In this document: piece by piece, positions 24,125 through 37,400 of the stretch
How the letters are laid out: each line of letters starts with the position of its first letter
How positions within the stretch are numbered: position 1 is the stretch's first letter
NCBI RefSeq assembly: GCF_000497125.1
Contig: NC_090600.1
Span: 868,001 to 916,459 of the forward strand
From: Spironucleus salmonicida
Lineage: Eukaryota
DNA length: 48,459 nucleotides
Direction: 5' to 3'
The notes under the pieces: generated by a model
The model's database searches: none
Told to the model about the DNA's origin: nothing
The model's input: the letters and a program-made list of their open reading frames with translations, nothing else
Translations under genes and position numbers: made by a program

Positions 24125-24709
24125 ATGGACAGACAGTCAGAAAACTATGAATTCTTTTGTTAATTATATAATGAGAACAGTATTTAGTTTAGGAAATTAC
24201 AAAAATTGCTTCAGGAAAATGTAAACCTGACAGTTAAAAATTAAGAGATAAACAGCTCCATTAGTCAATATTAGGATGACTTGGATGCTCTAGACTAACA
24301 TTATCAAATGATGAAAAAGTGTTTTTATTTTGCAGTTAGGGATATTCAGGACGTGGAAGAAGGTGCTAAGGCTAACGCTTAGCGCCTCTCAACACTTTAA
24401 AGCTTAAATAAGAAGTTAAGAAACAGAATACATAAATTAGAAGATACAAATTCTAAATTAGTTAGTTCTAATACTTTCCTTTAGGGGTAATGTAAATAAC
24501 TTATTTAGTATGACATTCAGAATGATTTGATTAAGGATAAGTTAGCAAAGCGAGATCAGTAACTTCTAGAAGCAGAGCGTCGTGCTTTTATTGCAGAAGA
24601 GAGAAGTGAAAGCATGGTAAAAATTATACAAGTATATGCTACAGAGGCGGAACAGTTGCAAGGTGCGTAGGTTTTGTAACTCGCCAGACCAACAGCTGAC
24701 ATGACATGA
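24125..24709 (+). CDS. Hypothetical coiled-coil protein, 194 aa
   Basis: MDRQSENYEFFCQLYNE...LQSLNKKLRNRIHKLEDTNSKL...RPTADMT*; heptad-like L/E/K/Q pattern. Confidence 0.75.
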
Positions 24710-24777
24710 CTAGCATTTATATACTATTATAAAAGTAGTTTTATTTAACTTCAATTCAAAAAACCCACTCCATTGCT

Positions 24778-25191
24778 ATGAAGCTCTTTGTATAGTACCC
24801 CACTGAGACTCTCGCCGTCACAGTTGACGAGAACATGTCGGTCAAGCAATATTAGGAACTTGTAGGCGCTGTTGCCTTCATGTTCGCCGGTAAGATGCTC
24901 CAGACTGCCGCCACCCTCAGGACCATCCCTGAGGATTCCACAATCATCGCTGTTACACCAGTTGATGGTGCTGGTAAGGATAAGAAGCGTAAGAAAAAGG
25001 TCAAAAAGACCCCCAAGCACAAGAGCCACGTTGATAAGAAGGTAAAACTCGCCATCCTCAAGCTTTATTCCGTTAAGGGTGATACTGTAGACTCTCTCCG
25101 TGAGTACTGCAAGCGTTGCGGTGCCGGCGTTAGACTTTCCAACCATAAGGACAGAAAGCACTGTGGTAAGTGTGGTTCAAACGGTAAGTGA
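24778..25191 (+). CDS. RPS27A: Ubiquitin-like domain fused to 40S ribosomal protein eS31 (S27a), 137 aa
   Basis: KKRKKKVKKTPK, KKVKLAILKLYSV, C4 zinc ribbon (CKRCG...HCGKCG). N-terminal ~65 aa carries FAGKML. Stop in AGTGA. Confidence 0.95.
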
Positions 25192-25304
25192 TATTAAATA
25201 CTGCATCACCTGAGGAAGGACTTCGTCTGGAGGGTTAGGCATCTTGCGTAGCCCACCGATGCATCCTTTTATATTTATTTTTCCATCTTTCTTTTACTAT
25301 AAAA

Positions 25305-25664
25305 ATGGATACCAAATTTGATTTTTTATAAAAAGTGCATTCCGAGTATCGTAGAAAGATGCTAATGTAGCTGAATTCTATAGAGTAGGAAAATGAGTCA
25401 CTAAAGCAAAAAATCTTCTTATAATAGTCCTGCACTATAGATAAGATATAGGAAGTTAACCTAATACTGCGTTATTCAAGGATGTTGGCGAAGTAGCTCA
25501 AGAAGGCAAAGGCCTAGCTAGCTGATGTCTTCATAGCATTCGATATGTCTCTTGGGGAAGTAGACAAGTTACATACCGAGTTGGTTATGATTCGGGAGTG
25601 TAAAGAGGTCGAGATGCTTAAGTCTAGTATATAAAATAATAGAAAACCATCCCTTATGACATGA
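25305..25664 (+). CDS. Hypothetical coiled-coil protein, 119 aa
   Basis: MDTKFDFLQKVHSEYRRKMLMQLNSIEQENESLKQK...RKPSLMT*. Confidence 0.7.
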
Positions 25665-25713
25665 GTTTCCTGCTTCGCATTAGTATCTAATACCACTCCA
25701 ACTACCCCTTAAA

Positions 25714-26014
25714 ATGCAAAACGTTGAAGCTTATCTTCAAGATCTCTCAGCTGCCTTTTTTAAATCTGAACTTAGCTTTGAAAGCCTCTAAACAGCCTAG
25801 GCGACAGATCTAGAAATGAGGTTAATACAGTGTATTTAGGCACATAATGGTAAGCCTATTATTGCAACTTCTGCTGATATTGTAGCCAGAGCCGAAGACG
25901 CGTTGCATCTTTAATTAAATGAAAGCTATCATTGATACATAGGAAGAACGAATACTAAAGCTTGAAAGAGAAAATTTAAACCTTCGTGGAGTCCTCGCGT
26001 AAGTTTTCGAATGA
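25714..26014 (+). CDS. Hypothetical protein with uncertain structure (73-aa ORF ending 25935, or spliced/frameshifted to end at 26014)
   Basis: ACCACTCCAA motif upstream of the ATG. Frame 1 stops at 25933-25935; an overlapping frame carries a coiled-coil-like tail KAIIDTQEERILKLERENLNLRGVLAQVFE*. Confidence 0.5.
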
Positions 26015-26184
26015 CTGATGCCATATTTATAAATACGGTACTACATTACTCCAATTCTTAATATATCTTCAACTATTTTACTAATCGCAAATCTAACTAA
26101 CATTGCATAATTGCATTTTTAAAGAGTCAGTAAATATAAGTATTCACATATATAATATTATATACTAGAAATTATTTTTTCATT

Positions 26185-27831
26185 ATGCGCTCAATCGTCT
26201 TCACGATCCAGAAGCTGGAATCAATGCTTAAAGCTAACTTAAGTATCCAAATTGATATTTTCTTCCGCAGAGAAAACCATACATTCACAAGAACTATGAA
26301 GAAACTTGAGCCTTAATTATAATTTTTAATTCCAGATGGATTTGAGGCATAAGATATAACATTTTCCTAGACAGTTGATGGTAAATTGATGTATGTTCTT
26401 AGCAGAAAAATTTCACCCGGAGTTCATGATTTCATAGCTAACGATATAAGCGGAAATTTCACTTTAGAAATTGGGGAGATATCGAGTCCTAAGTTTTCAG
26501 TTGAAATTTTTAGCACATTCATCCACATTAGTAAGATATTCCATGAAAATGGTATCAGAGTTTAATCGGCTGAGGAGACATACTCGATGATCTAGCTTGA
26601 TCCGAACATGGACCGGTTCAAAATTTATTTATAAGAGAAACCCAAGTTGATAAGTATTTTTGGGTACATTTAAGGATATGGAATGAATTTGGATACGCTG
26701 CTTTTTACCAAGAAAATCAGTTATGGGCTTAATATATTTTAGCCAACTAATAAGATAGCCATCGACAAGACAAAAGTATTATCTGGACTTGTTAACTCTA
26801 TCAATTAAGGGAAAAATTCTGATTTAGTAATTCCGTTCATGGCAAATGTAAATCTTACAAACGATGCATCTACATTAAACGAAAAAATCTATCCTTAATT
26901 ATCAAAATTTGCAACCATCAAAGAGTCTATTATGGGGTCCTATCTCAGTTCAGTATTATGCGAAGTTTAAAATATAGAAGATATTTTAACAGAAGATAAA
27001 AATATTTTGTGTAGTTATGAAGGCTCTGGAATCCTAGTTATTTAGAATCAAATGTGCCTGTCAGCAGGAGATAAGCCAAGCTTTTACAATCTGAACGATG
27101 ATAGTTGGAAAAATAACTGGGACTTAGTTTAATATGACCCGGTTTCATTAAAATAAATATCTACAGACAATATATCGACTACGGAAATGTAAGCCTTATT
27201 TAAATCTTCAGCGGGATAGCCATTAAGTTTAGAAACCAAATGCGGAATTATCAAAGTAAGCCATTTGTAAATGCCAGAGTAGGAGAATCCTATAGCAGAG
27301 GAATCTGTTCCGGAACCTGCCCCTGCAGCCTAAAGCCCCGTTTAGGAAGTAGTGGAAGAGGTTATTCCAGCTAAGAGTATTCCTTCTCCTATAATTTAAC
27401 CAGGTAGGTAACTTACCGTTCTTCCGCCTCCTCCGCCGTTAGTAACGCAAATACGCTACCAGATACTCCACTTGTAAAATCCACCCCAATATATCGAGCC
27501 ATAAAAACCTCAGTAAAGTATGCTGTCGCCTATTTAGTAGTCTCCGGATATGCTTCGTTCAGCATCACCAATATTGCCAATTCACGTGCCGTCTGTGCAG
27601 TGTCAAGTTGATTATTCTGAGACAATCAGAATAAATGATCGCGAAATAAAGCGTCTTGAATAAGTACTAGCGAAAGCCACAAAGTCTAATTTTATGTTGC
27701 AGAATTCCTCACCAATTTAGCTAGATGACACTTTCCGCCAAATCTTTAGCGAATCTGCAAAAGTCGCAATACCGAGCCTAGTATAAACGAAATAGGATCT
27801 TCTAGGGTACGTTATGCATGTTAAGCATTGA
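26185..27831 (+). CDS. Hypothetical protein with Pro/Gln-rich C-terminal region, 548 aa
   Basis: Uninterrupted 549-codon frame MRSIVFTIQKLE...LPPPPPLV...YVMHVKH*. Confidence 0.85.
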
Positions 27832-28334
27832 AAAAATATTGAGGCTATTTCCTACTCGCACCAAAAGAGGATTAACAAAATATCCTCATTAGAAACTAAA
27901 AAACGTATTCTATAAAAATAGTAGATATGTACACCTAAAGGAAATTACGTAACAGTTCAAATTATAAGGTCACTATATATTATTAAAAAATTATATTACT
28001 GTTCAATATCATTTATTGTACCTATATTATAACAGAATTATATAAAAATTAGAATCCTGATAAGTTACAGATAAATGAAAATTATCACTTAATATATAAA
28101 CTTTATTACCTAGGAAATAATAGTTGAAGCAAATTAATTTAAACACTGTATATTATATATTAATTACTTCTAATTAAATCGGGTATTCAAATTTTTAGTA
28201 AGTAGAACCTGCAATAATATGTTAATATATCAATTATTTAAATATAAAATCCCATTTTTATATGTTAGTTATTATAGAATTATAGTCGAATATGTTTATA
28301 CTAACAATAGTAAAGAGGTTAAATTTTATTAAAA

Positions 28335-28643
28335 ATGGGCGGTAGAGTTTCAAAAATTACAGAGCAAGCTGACGTTGACATGGATACCTTAGTTAAAATA
28401 CATAGTCAATAAAATTTTTAACATGCTGATGTTCATTAGGTGATGTCGCTACCTAATAATCTTAATGAATACGGAAATAATAACATTGTTAAATCTGTTT
28501 AATCACATATTAATCTTTTTGATAAAAATTCAATCGAGTTAATTAAATTATTATCTGTAAATCAACTAGCAGACTTGATAGAATCAAGTAGCTCTATCGT
28601 TTTTGAATAAGAAAATAGTGTCTAGGAGTAGATTTAGCTATGA
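28335..28643 (+). CDS. Hypothetical protein, possible N-myristoylation (MGGRVS), 102 aa
   Basis: MGGRVSKITEQADVDMDTL...EQIQL*; fits MGxxxS. Confidence 0.65.
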
Positions 28644-28939
28644 TAATACTGACATTATTATATTTCTGAAAGCTGAGTATTTAATATATTTTTTATAAAT
28701 TTTGCCGCCGTACTTAGTTTTCTTGAACAAATTAGTTATTTATTCAAATCTTATTGCATCTTAATATTTTATTTATATATGATTAATGATTATTTATATA
28801 TAATTTCTTTTTAATTGCTAGTGAATTATTTAAAGTTAATTTACTAAAATATATTATAAAGGTGTTATCTAATAGTTTCTTTTAACTATATAAACAGTAG
28901 CTATAGCAATCCTTATAATTATGTTATTTTAAATACAAA

Positions 28940-29230
28940 TCACTCATCTATAACATAACTAAATATTTCATCAAAAGCATAGTCAGTAAACTTTTCTGTT
29001 GTAAAATGTATCATTTTAAGTATCAGCTTCCTATTTTCTACTTTTAATTTTAATTTTATACAATCTAGTGCTAACCTAACAAATAAATAATATTCTGAAG
29101 AATATAACAATAAAGCTAATTGTTCAGGTTATATATTGAATTGTGTTTATATTTACTACGAATATTTACCAGATAAAGTTCCTGTTTTAATAATTTCAGT
29201 GCATAATTTTTTAGTGGTATTGAAGTCCAT
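28940..29230 (-). CDS. Hypothetical protein, 96 aa
   Basis: MDFNTTKKLCTEIIKTG...DEIFSYVIDE*; stop in AGTGA. Confidence 0.6.
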
Positions 29231-29612
29231 TGTTAAATGTAAATAATATTAATACATCAAGTAAGTTATATAATATCCTAGTCTATTAATAGAAATATTT
29301 TTAAATTACGATAAATATTATTATATCTATCATCATTAATTCTATTATTGAGTAAAGTAGATAACTTAATTATTTCTAATTAGTTTTGATATATCCTTAA
29401 AAATCTAATTTTTCAATTTTCATTACCAAAAATTCTACTATTTCTAAATATAAAATATAAGATATTTTAAGAAAAATACATATGTAAATTTATCTATAAA
29501 GATAAAAATTTCACCATAAACTAGTTCTACTTTTTCTGTTTTTACATTTCGAATTAGAATTAAACTAATATAAAATTCAAATAATAATCATAAATAATTT
29601 ATTCTACTTTTA

Positions 29613-30014
29613 TCAATTACCGCTTATTAAGCTTTGAAATAAAAGATCCAGATCTAAAATCTTTCGATCTACTTCCAAAATAGTTCTTTCTAATTTACTA
29701 ACACGCTTTTTCATCATCAGAAGATCCAGTTCCGTGGTTGATATTTGACTTTTTAAGCTTTCGCAAAGAAACTGAAATTTTGACTTTAGATTTAATTCAT
29801 CCATAAAAGTTAAATCAAATTCATCGTCGTCTGGTAAAGTATCACTATTCATATGATACTCAATTTTTTATATTGATAATGGTTGTATTTCTTCAATTGA
29901 TTGATGACTCAGTTTCTAAATTTAAGATTTAAACGTTTTTTAGGTACAACTTAAACTACTAGTCCGATACTTTGGCAAGATTTACGATATATGACGAGAA
30001 TGCAACTTCTGCAT
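29613..30014 (-). CDS. Hypothetical protein with C-terminal coiled coil, 133 aa
   Basis: Track ORF 29613..29852 extends upstream through TAA/TAG to ATG 30014 (MQKLHSRHISQILPKY...). Confidence 0.7.
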
Positions 30015-31044
30015 TTTATATTAAAATGATGACCGCAATCATATGATGAATTAATATATAATTATAATTAAATTTGAAAATAAAATAAATTATACGGATG
30101 TTATTGTTAAGTATTTGTAGATATAATAACGTAAAAGCTGCAATTGATTATATGTAAATTTCTAATAAGAATTTGAATAGTATTATCTAATTGGTTGTTT
30201 TAAATACAAAATTATTTGAAATATTATAGTATACGTTATTATACTAAATAAACTATTGAATTGATATATACTTTTAAATTTGATCATATAATTTATCAAT
30301 TCACACTTAATATTTCTTACTATTATATGGTTGTTATAAGTAATTTATAGAATTGTTATACTAGTTATTCAAAAATTACATAAAATAGTATATGTGTCTA
30401 GTATCGATACCTATAATAACATATTTAGTAAAATCATATATAAATTCATTTTAAAAATTATAAACAATCCTATTATCAATATCTTACTACAGATATATTT
30501 TTATATAAATAAATAATACCGTGTATGGAAGTTTATTACTATCAAAATACAAAGAACAATTCAATGGTTAAACAATATATTATTTCAACTATTATAAATA
30601 ATAGATAACTCGATAACTCATCTTATAGAATTAAATATTTGATACTTATAATAAGCTGATACTAGTTTATTATATTTGCATAATATATTGATGGAAATAT
30701 TTATCAATGTTATTAATAGTGATTTATTCTAATTTAATTCTTTAACAGTGTATTATCTATATCTTACCATAATTGTATACTTATTGATTTACTTATCAAA
30801 AAACTGAAGTCAGAAGTATTTAAAATAAAATATTTATAGTTCTATATAATAATAATTATTAAATATTATTTAGGTTCAGCTTTTTAGTTAATAATATTAA
30901 ATACCTTAATAATCATTAACAATTTTCATGTTTAATGATAAATTGATTGTTACATTTTTAACACTTATATTAAAAAATAATATCAAGATTTATCATATTA
31001 CCTCTGATAATCTAAAATACAAATTAAGTAACTTCTCCTATATT

Positions 31045-31292
31045 TATTCGTCAGTTTCCTTTTACTGCGGGCACAGGTCGACACCACGATAATTTCTTCC
31101 AGCAAGGTGGAGTTATTGTGATATTTTAGTGCTATCCATGCACATTATTAAATCCCTATATACTGGTGTATCCAAACGGGTAAAGAAACACCAGTATAGT
31201 GCTAGGGTAAGATACTTATCTGATATTGCTGGTGCTGAACTCCAGGACCAGTTCTCTATAAAAACAGAGGTCAAGTGATGTGACCCTGCGAA
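31045..31292 (+). ncRNA. Candidate structured RNA of unknown family
   Basis: GC-richer island with several nested stems. G-U pairs occur on the + strand. See findings. Confidence 0.4.
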
Positions 31293-31473
31293 TTATGATG
31301 GTTTAATATATTAGTCTCATTGTGATAATATTATAACCAAAATTGATATAAATACTAAAACACAGATAGTATTATCTTAAACCTATAAAATCATTCAATA
31401 TAGATTAATTTAGTAAATTTCAATACATCATTATTATATTTGTATTCTTAATTTATCATTCTGCCACTCTTTA

Positions 31474-32187
31474 ATGCAGATTCCAGAAGCACTGGACTTC
31501 CCAACCGGTTCAATCCGATCCTCCTCAGAAGCGAAACAGCTTGCCAAAACTATTAAAAATTCGATGCTACCTGCAAAGAATCTGGCGTTCACAGCAATTT
31601 ATGAACATCTTCCGCATCTCATATAATAAATTGAAACGGAGCTTAAAAGTCCAATTTACGCCTATTCGACCCAAAACGACTACTACAACAAAATGATGCT
31701 TCTATGCTCGGATTTTCCTTCCACAAACTCCCTCTCTATTTTGAGAATGCCATCTGCCTAGAATATGCTCATTTACAAGACCGCAGAGAATTTTTCCAAC
31801 GCCTTCAGAAAGATTCTAGACAGTATTCTATTCTGGTTTTAGGTTCTACTACCAAAATAAACGTCATCTGGTGCAGATCACAAGCAGGATGTGCTGATAT
31901 CTCTGACGGGAGAGTGTCAAAAGGCATATGACCGCTCCAATGCAGTTTTTGAATAGATTACTGGTTACCATAATGAGCGCGCAAAGGTTATCAAGCAACT
32001 AAACCAGCATCAGAATAGGGATTTTATGACGGCACTCATCTTACTCGATTTCAAGCATATCGGGCTAGCTAGGGCCTTTATTAATGAGCTAGTACTGAAT
32101 AGTCTCACGCTATACGTAGGAATCAACGGGAACTGGGATACCGTCCAGAGCAACAGCGTGAAGTCTGTGAATGAGGTTATTTACTGA
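31474..32187 (+). CDS. PA28/11S (PSME-like) proteasome activator homologue, 237 aa
   Basis: FWFQVLLPK, FEQITGYHNERAKVI, RDFMTALILLD, INEL...TLY and terminal Tyr line up with PA28 blocks WVQLLIPR, LDQISRYYITRAKLV, EDYRRTVTEID, ISEL...TLH, TLY. Confidence 0.72.
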
Positions 32188-32262
32188 GTATGTATTATAA
32201 TTGGCCAGTGAATAAAGATTTTGTTTATTTCGCTTTGACTTATGAAGATATTCTAAAAAACT

Positions 32263-32335
32263 AGGGAGTAACGAGAATTGAACTCGTGACCGATCACTTT
32301 GCAGGCGATTGCTCTACCACCTGAGCTATACTCCC
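32263..32335 (-). tRNA. tRNA-Cys(GCA)
   Basis: GGGAGTA acceptor stem, D arm TAGCTCAGGTGGTAGAGC, anticodon stem ATCGC/GTGAT with loop CTGCAAA, T arm ACGAG-TTCAATT-CTCGT; T6 terminator just downstream. Confidence 0.96.
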
Positions 32336-34416
32336 ATGATAAAATAATATATAACTTATTATATATATTAATATATACGATCTTAAACAAAATTTACATA
32401 GATTAACCAAATTGTTTCACACAAATCTAAAATAATATAATATGAGCTGCAAATAGTTATTATAGCGGTCCCTATTAAGATTATCTTCATATCATCACTA
32501 TAAAATCTATTAGTAGTATGTAACACGTACTAAATACACAAAATGACAAAGTTCATCTTCAAAAGATTCAATCCTTTTACAGTCACATTGCTCCCGTAAA
32601 AGGCTTGAATTTTTTAAAAAGTGAAATTTCTCATGTTTATACTTTTAGTAAGTATTACATACTACTCTATTACTATTTCATGTACGTTAAATAATAAAGA
32701 AATATGTTGATAATTATCGATGAAACAAATAATGGATTAAAGTATATCATGATTCCAAAAAGTGCACTTCTAGGCCTAAAAAATTATAATAATAATTCTT
32801 CTTACCGAATAGTATTAATAAATTAGCATTAGTAAAAAATTTATGTTTAGTTCTGATTTTTATAGATTACTAATTCAAAGAACAAGGTGATATCAATTTA
32901 TATCAATTTATAATATACTTTTTCAAAATTCAAAATAGAAATTTATCTTGTAAGAATAGTTAAGAAAACATTAGAATATTAGGCTTATGTAAGGAATGTA
33001 TATACTGAATAAGCAATATATTTACAATATACTTATTGCGTATGAATGTACATTAAATTATATAAAAATATTTCAAATAAAGTTTAGTAAAAATATATAG
33101 CCTAGAATTTACTTTTAACTATTACTCCTAATAAGTAATTGACATACTTATAATTTCATTATAATCTTCCTATAAAATGTCTATTAAGTATACTTTAACA
33201 GCTTTTAATTCAGAATCGATATAGTATTAGTATACAATTAGAAAATATTAAAGAAATTTTAAATTAAGAAATATACCGAGATACTTTTACATTAGAACAT
33301 GTAAAAAACTTTAAATTATCTCTTATTCCTTTTACGTTTCCATTAGTGTAACTCTAATTTAAAGGATAAAATAACGACATTTAATAAAACATACAGAAAG
33401 AGTAATTTAATATTAGTTTCATTATTTCATAGAAATAGAATGACTAGTATCGTATAACCCTTATAAATATTATAACTGAAATATTATCATACGAACCATA
33501 TATTAGTATACAACATCGTTTACTAACTGCCTTATCTTTTATTTAGTTATTTATATAATCATATTAGTCTTTAGCTGTCTGATTTTCTCGTTAGTAAAAT
33601 TAATATAACTTTTAAATAGTCTTAATTAAATGTAGTATCAAGAGTATATCACATAGTAGTTACGATAATTTTAAAATTACAATTAAATAATTATTGAAAA
33701 GGAATAAAGTAAAAATAATATGTTAGATTATATTTTTATAAGATATTATAGTCTATAGTTATGAAGAAGAATTAAACAACAGTAATGGTAATTTTCAACT
33801 GCAACTGTTTTGTTTGGCAAGATAATACAGATAATTTAACAAATATTGATTATTTCTAAATAAAAATTAATATTATTAGGGTTTTCAATATAGTTTACAC
33901 TTATAATAATTCAATCTATATATTTCTTTTACTAGGAAATATCAATATGATTTATGAGGATTGTTGTTAGCTTTTAAGCTATTGTTGATCCGATCAATGT
34001 TATTTCAGTAATAAGTAATTATTTTTTTATAATATAATATACTATTATAATTTTTAATCCGTATAATGAGAGTACTTTACGGAAACCAATTTATTTTTAT
34101 ACATGTCTGCTAATAGTTATAATAATGAAAATAATTTATCTAGATTATTTGATATTGTAGATTTTAACTTAAATACCTATTAGTCTGATGAAAATAAATA
34201 TAGTATATTGAAATGTAGAAAAGTCAACTTTCGTCTCTAATCATTAAAATATCAGGGGTATTTTTATTTAATTGTTTAAAATTTAATGTATTAGAATTAT
34301 AAATCTTAAAGCATCCTCTTTTAGATAATAAAGATTATTATAATGAATTATTACTCCATCTTCTACTATATTGCAATAAATAAAGCCTACTATACGTACA
34401 AAAATTAACATTATTT

Positions 34417-37400
34417 TCACTTAAATTGTAAAGAACTCATATTTCGTCTTATATTTGGGTCGGTGGTAATTTTATTCTAATTAATCTATTCTGATTATAG
34501 CTGAAGTTACGGTATTTCCTTATTATTTTATTTTGCAGGCAACTTAGTAATTAAAGTGTCATAATTTTTAAGGTAAAATACTTACTTATTAGAGGTAGGC
34601 GTAACAACCTACTCAGAAATTTAAACAACAGTAGTAGGCATTAGAGATGCTGCACTTAATTATTTTTACGTGATACTTCTAGAATCGATATTAAGCTACA
34701 TATCTTTTAAAAGTTAATTATGGGTCGTAGGTGCACTTTTTTACTAATTATAATTTGTCTTGGCTGGTTTAAAAAATTCCTTGTATTGTTTTCTGGATTT
34801 AAAAAATGCTTTTACTCCAGTAATAATTTTAGATGTATCGGAAATTTGTCTATTTCTTCTATGATCCCAATACGAACTTTATATATTGAAATGTAATAAA
34901 CTTATAAAAACAATAACTAATGAGATTGCTTATAATATTATTACAAGCAATGAAATTGTATAATTATTATCTCTTGCTGTTTTAAAATCTCCAACCGCGG
35001 TAATAAATTATGCCCATATTGCTGAGGAGATGAGGTTTATCCCGAACTCTACTGCAGAAATGTGCATCATAACGACAATATTAACAATATTGAAGAATAT
35101 TTACGTAAATAAGCTGGACAGAAAAATGTCATATTCTAGAATCGATTTTATTATCTCGCTTGGGTATGTTAGACCGACCATGCTATTTACCATAAAGGAT
35201 GCCAGGGAAAGTCTCCCGATGGCACCGACCTCGCCGTATCTCCCGAGTATCAGGTCGAACAGATAGAACTGGGCACCATTTAGCAGTATTGCAATGCTGA
35301 CCATGATCTGCCCTGATATGATATTCCAGCTGGAGGATTCCGAGAAATACCCTAACTGCTCTGTACCTTAAATCGCAAATAGGATCTATGCGAATATCGG
35401 TAACATGATTGCGATGAACACCGCCAGCTTCTGCTAAGATTTGAAGCGGAAGCCAGCTAGAAATACACACATGAAGAGCGTCACGAGCGGACCAGCCAAC
35501 TTGTAGATTTGCTCGCCGAAGTCATGCACCACGTCTGACACCGCCTGGTACTGCACGAAGTGAAACGAAAGCTCTAGGAGTGCCGCCAGGATGAACAGGA
35601 AGAAATGGGATGGGAGGTTGTAGAAGAACTGCGTGTACGTCGGAACCGCCAACAGGAAGAGCACGAGCACGAAGGGGACCATCGAGAAAATATTGACTGC
35701 GATCTACATGAAGAAGTCGTTGATGTAGACGTCCTGGATAGCGATGATAATGGCAAGGGCCTGGGAGAGCATGACGAATATCAGGTGCGGCCCGATCCGC
35801 TTGATTTGGCGCTTGGCATAGACAACTATCTTCCGCTTCCCGGCCTTCGATAACCTGAGAATTACGATTAGGAGCACCAGCAGGAGCAAGAATGAGAGCA
35901 CCGGGACGGCAATCACAAAGGTCATGTATCCGGGGGAGATCCGCTCCACCACGCACTGATCGACCACTAAGATGAACCTTGGCCCGCAGTAGTCGCACTC
36001 CGCCACGCCCATCTGGTTTCGGAAGCACACCCCAGTCGGGCTTTGCAGCAGGGGGCAACAGCAGCGCGAGAAGGCCTCGGTGCGACAGTCGCAACTTATG
36101 TACCCCTGTGTGCACTCTGAACAGACCGCTCCGCCCCAGCCTTCCTAGCACTCCCCGCAGAACAGCTAGTTGGCCGTAGCTATGCAAGTGCCGCGCAGCT
36201 AGTCGTTCTCCGGTGCAGTAGCCGTGCCGCAGTTGCCTTTGATATGCTCCAGCCCGGGCCTGCACACGAGACACTGCTGTATGTTCATGTCGAAACTAAG
36301 ACAGGGCGAATCGGCGCAAGTGACGAGGGTGGCGGTCTGGAAGCACTCGCCTGGGAAGTTCACGGCGTGTTGCTTGCACTCTGGACCGAAGGTGGCTTCG
36401 ACCGAGCACATCGTGCAGTTGAACGACTGACGGTGCGGACCGCACGTTGGACAGTAATAATCTCCGGAACTGTCTTTCCAGCATGCGGTAGATGACGCCT
36501 ACAGGCAGTACCCACCCAGCAGCGAGAAGATGTCCTCGCACCGGAAGCAGTTGTGGGAGAGTGCGTGCCCTAGTGAGCAGGAACCACACTAAATAGAGTC
36601 GCCCGAGTAGAAGCAGCTCCCCTGGGTGCAGTCGGCGCACGGTATCAGGCACCGGTTGACGCCGATGACGACCAGCTCGTCAGCGGGCAGTATGTTGGAG
36701 CTGGTGTAACCGGGCTGGCAGTCGTTGCACTCGCCAGAAACATCGATTTGGTACCCCAGCGAGCATGTGGTGCACAGCGGCATGGCGTAGTTGTACTGGC
36801 ACTCCTGGCAAAAGCTGTCTAGCGAGTCGACCGCGTTCGTGAAGCAGACCCCAGTGGCCACGTCGTTCCGGTAGTAGCAGCTTCCCTCCCTTTCCAGTTC
36901 TGAGCACTCATCGCATGAGGGACCCGCGTACCCCTTGTAGCAGCTGCACATTACTTATCCCTGGAGGGTGAAACAGTCGCCGTTGGGGTTAGGGATCGGC
37001 GGGTAGCACTTGTTCTCGTGGAGAATGAAGCCGAGGTAACAGCTGCAGCAGAAGTACGAGGGTCCCTGGTCGTAACACTCTCCAGCGCACTCCGGAAGTA
37101 CGCACCTCGCCAGACACTGCTGACCCACGAGGACCTTCCCCGGGAGGCAGGAGGCGCAAACCAGTGTTCCAGCCCCGTTGCGGTAACACCCGTCGTCGGT
37201 CACCTGCACCTAGCACGCACCACCTGCGAAGATAAATCCGTCGATGCAGGCATCGCACTGTTAGCCTGTAAACGAGCCGACGCAGCTGGAGCACCGGATG
37301 CCGCCAGGAGTGTAGAAGCAGGTCCCCGCTGCACACGTAATGCACGGCTTTAGGCACCCGCCTAGGGCCGCCACAAACCCGTTAGCAGCATCGCAGACCA

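Noticed and set aside
31203-31209. TAGGGTA as a telomerase template complement
   Set aside because: Only 7 nt, the template would lie on the strand not favoured by the G-U pairs, and I cannot confirm this organism's telomere repeat.
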